The translations under genes and the position numbers were made by a program. The notes under the pieces are model-generated. The model was not told the DNA's origin and made no database searches. It saw only the letters and a list, made by a program, of their open reading frames with translations. From Candidatus Solincola tengchongensis (GTDB taxonomy: Bacteria; Actinomycetota; Geothermincolia; Geothermincolales; RBG-13-55-18), in NCBI GenBank assembly GCA_015711895.1, contig MU158606.1:1894-34671 (forward strand): a stretch of DNA of 32,778 nt. The letters run 5' to 3'. The stretch's first letter is position 1, and every line of letters begins with the position of its first letter. This document shows positions 24,822 to 32,778 of this stretch, in pieces.

Positions 24822-26864
24822 ATGCCCGAGGAGCTGGTCACCCACTTCAAGGAGACCTACTACGACTCGCCGGCCGGCAAGGTCGCCATAGTGACCATGG
24901 ACAACGGCGAGGATTACCGCAAGCCCAACACCTTCGGCTTCGGGGCCATGCAGAGCCTCAACGAGTGCCTGGACCGCATACAGGCCCAGGGCGACGTGAA
25001 GGCCATGGTCCTCACCGGCAAGCCCTTCATCTTCGCCGCCGGGGCCGACCTCACCCAGGTCCCCCAGGTGAAGACCAAAGAACAGGCCATGGAGATCGCC
25101 CGGGCGGGGCACGCCGCTTTCAAGCGCATCATAGACCTCCCCTTCGTCACCGTGGCCGCGGTGAACGGAGTGGCCCTGGGAGGGGGGCTGGAGATCGCTC
25201 TGGCCTGCAAGTACCGCACCGTGGCCTCCAGCGTGGAGCACATCGGCTTCCCGGAATGCTTCCTGGGCCTCATCCCCGGATGGGGCGGGACCACCCTGCT
25301 CCCCAAGCTGGTGGGTCCGGAGAAGGCCATCCAGGTCATCATCTACAACGCCCTGAACAACAACCGCATGATCAAGGCCAAAGAGGCCCTGGACATGGGC
25401 ATCATGGACCGCATGTTCGAGCCGGTGGACCTCCTGGACAAGAGCGTGCAGTTCGCCGTGGACCTGGTCCTGGGCAAGGAGAAGGTGGAGAGGCCGGAGC
25501 CCGACTGGTCCAACCTGGACTCCCTGGTGGAACAGGCCAAGGCCTTCGCCGACTCAAAGGTGCACGGTAACTCCCGCGCCCCCTACATGGCCATAGACAT
25601 CATCGCCAAGGCCAGGGACATCACCATCGACGAGGGGTTCGCCCTGGAGGACGAGGCCCTGGGCGAGCTCATCCCCTCGCCCCAGATGCAGGCCGGGGCT
25701 TACGCCTTCGACCTCACCCAGCGCCGGGCCCGCAAGCCGGTGGGGGTCCCGGAGGGCCAGCCGCTTCCGGTGCGCAAGGTGGGCATCCTGGGCGCCGGGC
25801 TCATGGGCAGCCAACTTGCGGTGCTCTTCCTGCGCCGCATGCAGATCCCCGTGGTCATCAAGGACATCAAGCAGGAGTTCGTGGACCGCGGCGTGAACTA
25901 CATCCAGCAGGAGATCAACCGCCAGGCGGAGAAGGGGCGCATCGACAAGGAGCGGGTGCCCTGGCTGCTCAGCCTGGTGGAGCCCACCCTGGACTACAAG
26001 GATATGGCGGAGTGCGACTTCATCATCGAGGCCGTCCTGGAGGAGATGCCCATAAAGAAACAGGTCTTCGGAGAGATAGAGGAGCATATCGCGGAGACGG
26101 CCATACTGGCCACCAACACCTCCTCCCTCTCGGTGACGGAGATGGCCTCCGACCTCAAGCACCCGGAGCGGGTGGTGGGCTTCCACTTCTTCAACCCGGT
26201 GGCGGCCATGCCCCTCCTGGAGATCATCAAGGCGGAGAAGACCAACGACCCCACACTCATCACCGCCTTCGACGTGGGAAAGAAGCTGGGCAAGCGGTGC
26301 GTTCTGTGCAAGGACGCCCCGGCCTTCGTGGTCAACCGCCTGCTCATCCGCTCCATGGTGGAGACCATCAAGCTGGTGGATGAGGGCAACGACTTCAAGG
26401 ATGTGGACCAGGCCCTATGGGCCCTGGGGACCCCCATGCCCCCCTTCGCCCTCCTGGCCCTGGTGGGCCCGGCCATCGCCATGCACGCCACGGAGACCCT
26501 GGCCGCCGCCTTCCCCGAGCGCTATTTCGTGAGCGACAACCTCAGGGAGCTGGTGGCCCGCAAGAAGCCCGGCGTGTATGGCCCGGACGGCGAGGTGGAC
26601 CCCGAGGTGCGTGAGTTCTGGAAGCAGGCCGACCCGCCGAAGAAGGCCACGCCGGAGGAGATGCGCGACCGGGTGAGCCTGGCCCTGGCCGACGAGGCCT
26701 GGCACATGCTGGAGGACGGCGTGGTGGGCGCCCCGCAGGAGATCGACATCTGCATGATATTCGGCGCCGGCTACCCCTTCTACATGGGCGGGCTTACCAA
26801 GTACCTGGATTACGCGGGGTACTCCGAGAAGGCTCGCGGCAAGAAGTTCCACCCCGAGGACTGA
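24822..26864 (+). CDS. fadB: Bifunctional enoyl-CoA hydratase / 3-hydroxyacyl-CoA dehydrogenase
   Basis: FAAGADL, ALGGGLE and PE..LGLIPGWGG (crotonase domain); GAGLMG, IEAV.E, TNTSSL, HFFNP and FVVNR (HAD domain). Confidence 0.96.
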   Translation: MPEELVTHFKETYYDSPAGKVAIVTMDNGEDYRKPNTFGFGAMQSLNECLDRIQAQGDVKAMVLTGKPFIFAAGADLTQVPQVKTKEQAMEIARAGHAAFKRIIDLPFVTVAAVNGVALGGGLEIALACKYRTVASSVEHIGFPECFLGLIPGWGGTTLLPKLVGPEKAIQVIIYNALNNNRMIKAKEALDMGIMDRMFEPVDLLDKSVQFAVDLVLGKEKVERPEPDWSNLDSLVEQAKAFADSKVHGNSRAPYMAIDIIAKARDITIDEGFALEDEALGELIPSPQMQAGAYAFDLTQRRARKPVGVPEGQPLPVRKVGILGAGLMGSQLAVLFLRRMQIPVVIKDIKQEFVDRGVNYIQQEINRQAEKGRIDKERVPWLLSLVEPTLDYKDMAECDFIIEAVLEEMPIKKQVFGEIEEHIAETAILATNTSSLSVTEMASDLKHPERVVGFHFFNPVAAMPLLEIIKAEKTNDPTLITAFDVGKKLGKRCVLCKDAPAFVVNRLLIRSMVETIKLVDEGNDFKDVDQALWALGTPMPPFALLALVGPAIAMHATETLAAAFPERYFVSDNLRELVARKKPGVYGPDGEVDPEVREFWKQADPPKKATPEEMRDRVSLALADEAWHMLEDGVVGAPQEIDICMIFGAGYPFYMGGLTKYLDYAGYSEKARGKKFHPED

Positions 26865-26879
26865 GGGAAGAAGGTAGAC

Positions 26880-26909
26880 AGCGGCCCCCCTCGCGGGGGC
26901 CGCTTCTTT
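26880..26909 (+). terminator. Intrinsic terminator of fadAB
   Basis: AGCGGCCCCC-CTCGC-GGGGGCCGCT followed by TCTTT. Confidence 0.85.
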
Positions 26910-27010
26910 ATGGGGCCAGGTCTTGAATCTTACATACGGTGAAGAAGGGTATGTCCGTCCCGCCCCTCCCCCGCCGCTTCTTTACGGAGCCAGGTCTTGA
27001 ATCTTGCCTA
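26899..27010 (+). repeat. 38-bp imperfect direct repeat (two copies)
   Basis: 26899-26936 and 26973-27010 match at 34/38 positions (core GCCAGGTCTTGAATCTT). Confidence 0.85.
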
Positions 27011-27380
27011 CCAGGGCAGGTCATATTCATTTGAGGCCTCGCATGAGGATTTGAGGGAGATTCGTCCATGTAAGCGACTATTCATTCCCCCGGACACCCA
27101 GATGGCCCTTCTCGAGCTGATTCGAAAAAGATTCGTCGGTATGCTTATATGTGGCTCTCTCGACCCCGAAAGCCGCACCTTTGAACGTCGCCGCCGTTAC
27201 AGCCCTCTTTCCGGATACACGGCTCTCCCGACCCCGAAAGAGGCTGCGTCCTGATGAGCAAAACCCTTAAACGACCCCTCCCGCTGAAATATCGGTGACG
27301 GTATACGTTCTCGGTGGTCTTTGTGCTATGGCCATCGCCCCTCCTGAGATCGTGTATGCAAAATTCAAGACCTGACCCCA
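26911..27380. mobile_element. Non-autonomous inverted-repeat-bounded element (MITE/REPIN-like remnant)
   Basis: TGGGGCCAGGTCTTGAATCTTACATAC (26911-26937) is the reverse complement of 27354-27380 at 24/27 positions. The interior is lower in GC and has no transposase. Confidence 0.5.
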
Positions 27381-27441
27381 AATCGTTTTGATAGAATATC
27401 CTCTGCAGGACCCAATCCCAGGAAGGCAAGTCGAGCTGAGC

Positions 27442-28407
27442 ATGCAAGTTTCAAGAAATGACTCCATGTTGCCCGAAGGCATCTTTCTGCACCGCGATAA
27501 GGAGACCGTATGGCCGGCATCGGCCAACGTCCTGGCCATAAAGGATTCCGACGGGGTATCCCTGGTGGACGTGGGGTGCGGGCACGAGGAGACCTACCTG
27601 CGGCTGAAGGATTTCCTCTCCTCCCACGGTTTCGAGATTGACGACGTGCATACCGTGGTCCTCACCCACGCCCATCCGGATCATATGGGGGCCATGCGTT
27701 TTCTCCTGGAGGAGGCGAACCCGCGCATCTTCCTCCACCCGGTGGAGATGCCTCTGGCCGCTGATCCCTCGCGCCTCAACCACACCTTCGGCATGGACAT
27801 CCCCTTCCGCTACGGGATGGCGGAGATCCCGCGGGAGCGGGCGGACATCATCGAGTACTTCCGGGGGCTCTGCCCCATGGCCAGCGCCGAGGCCACCCAC
27901 CGGCTTCTGCCGGGAGAGGAGCTCCGGCTGGGCGGATATTGCTTCCAGATTGTGGAAACTCCAGGCCACGCCAACGGCCTGGTCTCCCTCTTCGAGAAAA
28001 GGACGGGCATGCTCTTCTCCGCCGACGCCGTGGGCGAGGTGGTGGCCTGGTACGCTCCGGACTCCGGGGGGCTCATCGGGTTCCTGGAGGGGCTGGAGAG
28101 GCTGGCCGTACTGCCCGCCGGGTTTCTCGTGCCCTCCCACGGCGGGGTGAGCGTTCGGCCCGCGGAGGAGATCGCCAGGACCAGGGCCTACCTCTTGAGG
28201 CGCGAGGAGAAGATCGTCCGAGAACTGGCGGCGGAACCGCTCCCCTTTCCTGACCTTGTGAAGCGTATCTTCAAGAACCAGCTCATCCATCTTTTTCCGG
28301 GTCCGCAGATAATCCAGTGCCACCTGGACAAGCTGGAGGCGGAGGGCAGGGTCCGCTGCCACGGCCCGGAGGGGGGTTTCCTGGTCGAGCTGCTGGAAAG
28401 AGGTTGA
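27442..28407 (+). CDS. MBL-fold metallo-hydrolase with C-terminal winged-helix-like domain
   Basis: LVDVG, THAHPDHMG (HxHxDH), TPGHANG, FSAD, PSHG and HLDKLE.EG motifs. Start is 27442 or 27466. Confidence 0.9.
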   Translation: MQVSRNDSMLPEGIFLHRDKETVWPASANVLAIKDSDGVSLVDVGCGHEETYLRLKDFLSSHGFEIDDVHTVVLTHAHPDHMGAMRFLLEEANPRIFLHPVEMPLAADPSRLNHTFGMDIPFRYGMAEIPRERADIIEYFRGLCPMASAEATHRLLPGEELRLGGYCFQIVETPGHANGLVSLFEKRTGMLFSADAVGEVVAWYAPDSGGLIGFLEGLERLAVLPAGFLVPSHGGVSVRPAEEIARTRAYLLRREEKIVRELAAEPLPFPDLVKRIFKNQLIHLFPGPQIIQCHLDKLEAEGRVRCHGPEGGFLVELLERG

Positions 28408-29164
28408 CCGGGCGCGAAAGATGAGGGCGTCATCTCCACCGGATTCCTGGAGCGACTTGGCATGAGGAAATCCCTATCCCTCGCGAACTTCGCCTTTCTC
28501 GGGTTAGGCGAGAAGCGGGAGGACAGAAGTTTCTCCGCCAAGATAGGTTTCGTGGCGCTGCTTCCGGCTGCCATACTCGTTTATACCCGCCGAACGAGCC
28601 TCCCCCTGTAACGAGGGCTCCCGGGAAAACGACTTGATTCGCGGGTGTGGGGAATGCCGCGTATCGGGCGTCCGCCGGCTTGAGGTGACGTGAGGTGCGG
28701 CTTTTTTCTTTCCTTCCATGCGGGAGGCGGTTGACGTCAGTAACGATCGCCCAAGATGCTCGCGCCAAGTATAATCGGTGACAAGCGGCTTTCTTTAAGA
28801 TAGAGTCGGAGTAAGGGGAAGCGTTTCCGTGCGTGGCTGCGGCTTGTCGTGACGCGAGGGAAAATAACCCATGGGTAGGAGGTCGGCGGAGGAAGGGAGG
28901 CCAAGGCACTCGCCCGTCATGTGCCGGAGCAGGGCCGGAAAAATATACCTACACGTGAACGGGCTGATCATTGTGGCGTGAGCCGGGTTGCGGAAGCGCG
29001 ATCCCGGGGGACGAAGGGAAAGCCGCCATGCCGGCGAAGAATCTTTAGGCTTGCATCTTTAACGTCTTATCCCCGGCCTGGGTTTGACAGGTAGCAGGAT
29101 GACCGCCGTTTGATGGGATGGAAGGCGTCGGGAAATCGACCGGTTCCGATTGGGGGTGGTGTAG

Positions 29165-29935
29165 ATGGGTTTTTGCCCGCATTGCGGACAGGAGAACCGC
29201 GACGACGCGCGCTTCTGTGTGAACTGCGGAACCGCCTTGCAGGCGGCACGGCAGGAGACACAGACCGCGCCGCCCTACCCCAGCCCCCCGGGGGGAGCGG
29301 CTGAACCGCCCCCTCCGCCTCCGGGCCCGGCGGCGCCCCCGGAGGCGGCGGTTCCGCCTTACGCGCCTACGGGGACGGCCGCCACGACCCCTCCCGGGAC
29401 CGCGACACCCGCTGCTCCCGGCGCCGCATATCGGCCCGCGGTGGGCGTGGCCTACCCTGCGCGGGCGGCTTCCGGCACAGGCAAGAGGAAGCCGGTCTTC
29501 TGGGTCGGCGCCTGCGTCCTGGTCTTGGCCGGCCTGCTCGTCCTTATCAGCTCCTTCCTCCCCTGGATATCGGGACCCTTCGGCTTCGGCTCGGTGAGCG
29601 GGATGGATTTTGTGACCAAGGAGCAGTTCCGGATGGACAACCTCTTCTTCGATTACGGGAACGGCTACCCCTTCTTCAGCGGCCTGGTCTCCCTCATCCT
29701 GGGAGTGCTCCTGGCCTTCCTGGCCGTCGTCCTCCTGGCCTCGCGCCGGAAATGGCCGGCGGGTCTGGCCCTGCCCTTCTGTATAATCTCCCTTGGGGTA
29801 GCGATAACCAACCTCTCCAGCATCCTGCGCGGTCCGGGCGGGGCGGATATGATCTCCGCCGGGTCGGGGATATACGTGTTCATCATCTTTTCCCTACTGG
29901 GACTGGTGGGGTCCATCATGTCTCTGGCCGGGTGA
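29165..29935 (+). CDS. Zinc-ribbon + Pro-rich + multi-TM membrane protein
   Basis: FCPHCG..N...ARFCVNCG, a Pro/Ala linker, then about four TM helices including FLPW. Confidence 0.85.
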   Translation: MGFCPHCGQENRDDARFCVNCGTALQAARQETQTAPPYPSPPGGAAEPPPPPPGPAAPPEAAVPPYAPTGTAATTPPGTATPAAPGAAYRPAVGVAYPARAASGTGKRKPVFWVGACVLVLAGLLVLISSFLPWISGPFGFGSVSGMDFVTKEQFRMDNLFFDYGNGYPFFSGLVSLILGVLLAFLAVVLLASRRKWPAGLALPFCIISLGVAITNLSSILRGPGGADMISAGSGIYVFIIFSLLGLVGSIMSLAG

Positions 29936-30318
29936 CCAGGCAGCCGCTGCGCTTTTATGGGTTTACGTGGGGGACTGGCGGGATACATCATGTCCCGAGC
30001 AGGAAGCAGTTTTAAACGTTCTGAGGAATAAGGCCTTGCTTCTGGAGTGGGATGGGTCCCTTGAATCGAGGCGCAGCAGCAAAGCATGGTTACACCATGT
30101 GGGTTTTATCTGTTCAAGCGCAGGATGAGGTGTTAGTATCTCCTTTGAAAGGTTGTTGACGGCTTCCCACGAGTGATATGCAAAAAAGCGGAAGTGGGAT
30201 GAGCCGGCTTAAAAAACGGCTTTATCATCCCTCATGCCTCTCAGCCGGGCTCGTCCTCATAGTGGTTATTTTTACCTGCGCGAAGGGTGAGGCGGCGCAT
30301 AGCCCCTCGTTCCTTCCC

Positions 30319-31302
30319 TTGTGCCTCCCTTTCCTGGGCATCGCCGTCATCACCAACGTGGAGGCGGGCAAGAACCGTTACGGGCGCTACAAGCGATACC
30401 ACCTCCCGGAGTTGGTGGGGGACCGAGGCCTGGTAGTGGAGACGGAGACCATGGAGGAGATCGACGGGGCCATGGACCGCATCCTCTCCCGGGACGAGAA
30501 GGTCATCTGCCTCAACGGTGGGGACGGCACGGTGCAGCGGGCCCTCACCCGGCTGGTGAACCGCTTCGGGGAGGACGAGGACAACCTTCCGATCATCTTC
30601 CCCCTGCGGGGAGGGACCATGAACCTCCTCGCCGACCACCTGGGCATCAAGGGTAGCACGCCGGAGCTCATGGAGCGGGCGCTGCGCGCGGTGGAGGGCG
30701 GCGGGGAGACGCCCTGCGTTCAAGTCCCAACCCTGCGGGTGACCAGGAGGGTCGGGGAGCACGAGGAGAGGGAGTACGGGTTCTTCTTCGGCCACGGAGC
30801 CCTCTACCGCTTCCACCGCGTCTATTACCGGGACACCAAGGGAGGCCCCCTGGCGGCGGCGGCCCTCTTCACCAAATGCACCATCGGGGGCGCCACGGGC
30901 TTGACCCGCTACAAGGACGTCTTCGGCATGACCCCCGCCCGGCTGGTCATCGACGACTTCGAGATGCCCGGGGACCGTTTCACCGTTATCCTGGCGGTGA
31001 TCTTCAAGGTGGTGGTTATCACATTCGACGCCTTCCGGGACGTGGGGGAGGGGGACTTCTACGTGCTGGCCACCAACATTCCCTTCTTCCGCATGGTGGG
31101 CCGCCTCCCCCGCCTGCTCTGGGCCCGCGGCGCGGAGCCCCCCTACCCGCGGGAGGAGTTCTTCAACGAGAGGGCCAGGCGGGTCTTTATCGAATGCCGC
31201 GAGGGATACAGCCTGGACGGGGAGGTCTTCGAGCTCGAGGAGCCCTACACCCTGACCGTGGAGCGCGGCCCCACGGTGCGGGTACTCATGCCCCCCTCGT
31301 AG
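30319..31302 (+). CDS. Diacylglycerol-kinase-family protein (start uncertain, 30178-30319)
   Basis: IAVITN..AG, NGGDGTV, PLRGGTMN..A and YSLDGE motifs; host-like codon usage begins near 30330. Confidence 0.85.
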   Translation: MCLPFLGIAVITNVEAGKNRYGRYKRYHLPELVGDRGLVVETETMEEIDGAMDRILSRDEKVICLNGGDGTVQRALTRLVNRFGEDEDNLPIIFPLRGGTMNLLADHLGIKGSTPELMERALRAVEGGGETPCVQVPTLRVTRRVGEHEEREYGFFFGHGALYRFHRVYYRDTKGGPLAAAALFTKCTIGGATGLTRYKDVFGMTPARLVIDDFEMPGDRFTVILAVIFKVVVITFDAFRDVGEGDFYVLATNIPFFRMVGRLPRLLWARGAEPPYPREEFFNERARRVFIECREGYSLDGEVFELEEPYTLTVERGPTVRVLMPPS

Positions 31303-31802
31303 GACAGGCGATGACGTCAGGATAATGTATGTTAGTTTCCATCTTCTTCCTTATGGAGTCCTTACCTCACCTTTTCCCAGTACACCTGCCGGTGGAGGAG
31401 ATAAACCCTATCGTTTTTCCGGCAAAATCGCCGTGTCCGGGTTCTCAGAAATAAAGTAAGGGGGTGAGGGTCACCAAGCCGGGTTCCTCGGTATGAGGGA
31501 GTTACCAGTGCCCTCAGACGAGAGAAGGCGCCGATTCGCAAAAACGCACTCCCGGGCGAGAGGAGATCGTTTTCGCCAGGATATGGCCTCTAGATCGAGT
31601 TCCGCGTCTCTCCGGTAGGCGCTGCCACCTTGAGAGGTCGAGTGACCCATATATTTCTGGGAAAACAAGTTGATAGGCAGGGAGAAAGACAATTCCTTTC
31701 AACCCTAGACCTAAAAAATGGTGCCGCCACTGGTTCGGGAACGAGGTGCGTCGGGTAGACGAGAAAAGCATGAACAGAGGCGGGCTTCAAGTCTTGATTC
31801 GA

Positions 31803-31831
31803 TTGATGCTTCGATGCCGCCCATATAGAAT
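31803..31831 (+). promoter_or_regulatory. Possible sigma-A promoter in the AT-richer intergenic region
   Basis: TTGATG-17 nt-TAGAAT. Confidence 0.45.
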
Positions 31832-32378
31832 AAAAAAGAATACTCTTTCAGGTCGCCGGAGCAGAGGGCTTAATAACTTGCCTGAAAGGGGTAGTTGTTA
31901 TGTGGATTACTTCGTGAGGTCTTGGCCACAAAAAAGAGGTTACGATGTCTTCTTTAAATAGGGCCGTCTTCGGGAAGACCCACTCACCTTTCGGGAACCA
32001 ATCGCACTACAGGCCCTTCTCCACATCCACCTATCGCCTCCCGCTGTATTCCTGCCCAGGACCTCTTTTACGGAACACGTTATCGGAAGATCTCTTTAAA
32101 AGCGGGATTCTAACTGTAAAGCACGTTCACACGGTTTGTTTGTCAGCCGCAGGCGGATTGGTTTGGGAAAAGCTGAGAGGGCTGGAGAATTTTTCTGGAA
32201 GAAAACGGCAACCTCTATTGCCGTGCAAAGGACGGGGTTTTCATAGGCATGTTGCGGTGGCTGAGGCGACGGCTCTCTTGAATAGGGGTGAGAGACCTTC
32301 GTGGGGCTTTACGGGAAGGACACCGCTCGCCTGTGAAGCGTTTTGTGTGCCTGTTAACGAGGGTAAAGGGTGGTGAGG

Positions 32379-32778
32379 ATGATGCCGAAGGAGAGGTTAC
32401 GAAAGGCGGGCGCTGCCACCTTGGCGGCCCTGCTCGTTATTGCCGCCGCCATCTTCTTTTCCCATCCGCTGCAGGCTTCGGCGGCGATCGATTTTGTTTG
32501 GGAAAGGGAGCCCACGGATTACTATTCCGTCTCCACCCATAAATCCACCCACGTCTGGGCGGTGGGAGCCGGCGGCACCACACTCTTCCACGACGGCACC
32601 TCCTGGACGGCGCAGGAGAGCGGGACCACCCAGGACCTCAACTCGGTCTCATTCCTTGATACCGCCCTCGTCTGGGCGGTGGGAGACTCCGGAACCATCC
32701 TCTTCCACGACGGCACCTCCTGGACGGCGCAGGAGAGCGGGACCACCCAGGACCTCAACTCGGTCTCCGCCCTTGATA
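32379..32778 (+). CDS. Secreted WD40/YVTN/BNR-like (Ycf48-like) beta-propeller repeat protein, 5' part only
   Basis: Not in the ORF track (no stop in the window). MMPKERLRKAGAATLAALLVIAAAIFFSHPLQASA signal peptide, then repeated VWAVG..GT.LFHDGTSWTAQESGTTQDLNSVS..D. Confidence 0.85.
   Translation, partial: MMPKERLRKAGAATLAALLVIAAAIFFSHPLQASAAIDFVWEREPTDYYSVSTHKSTHVWAVGAGGTTLFHDGTSWTAQESGTTQDLNSVSFLDTALVWAVGDSGTILFHDGTSWTAQESGTTQDLNSVSALD
32553..32778 (+). repeat. 117-bp (39-aa) intragenic tandem repeat
   Basis: Units start at 32553 and 32670; 32583-32650 is identical to 32700-32767 (68 bp). Confidence 0.95.

Noticed and set aside
26899-27010. Two 38-bp repeats 36 bp apart as a minimal CRISPR array
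   Set aside because: There are only two imperfect copies, no cas genes, and a third inverted copy that points to element ends instead.
351-32758. Numerous long antisense and alternate-frame ORFs in the track (e.g. 2386..3039, 8538..9317, 16982..17761, 20113..20991, 27451..28362)
   Set aside because: These are shadow ORFs expected in high-GC DNA; they overlap well-supported genes and have no recognisable motifs.
1-32778. tRNA (including tRNA-Sec), rRNA, integrase, transposase or defence genes
   Set aside because: No cloverleaf with a T-loop and acceptor stem and no such protein motifs were seen by eye; the Sec machinery, if present, must lie outside this window.

Overview
GC-rich bacterial window of mostly housekeeping and anaerobic-metabolism genes. 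It most plausibly comes from an anaerobic actinobacterium (inference from a DUF5318-like gene, leaderless-type starts, actinobacterial-type FadA/FadB, and CooC/CooT/NfnAB genes, as in Wood-Ljungdahl-pathway Actinomycetota). From left to right it contains: a partial NRAMP-family transporter; an SDR; 5-formyl-THF cyclo-ligase with a 6S-RNA-like structured element upstream; a metallophosphoesterase; a four-gene zinc-ribbon/NTF2-like lipoprotein cluster; an nfnB/gltD-like gene broken by a ~31-nt deletion; a DUF4349 lipoprotein; DUF5318-cooT; a histidine phosphatase; a Moco operon (moaA-moaC-MOSC-mog); glycerate kinase; cooC-nfnA; two DAGK-family kinases; an SPL-like radical SAM enzyme; fadA-fadB; a small inverted-repeat-bounded element; an MBL hydrolase; a zinc-ribbon membrane protein; and the start of a secreted beta-propeller repeat protein. 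The main hidden features are: (1) a lipoprotein thioredoxin with an in-frame UGA in a U-T-P-C motif plus a SECIS-like hairpin, i.e. a probable selenoprotein missed by the ORF track, which heads the Moco operon; (2) an orphan promoter-to-terminator unit of ~220 nt at 21.57-21.79 kb that is a probable unannotated ncRNA; and (3) a paralogous NTF2-like envelope-protein cluster. No CRISPR array, tRNA, rRNA or intact transposase was seen. All calls are by eye; no searches were run.
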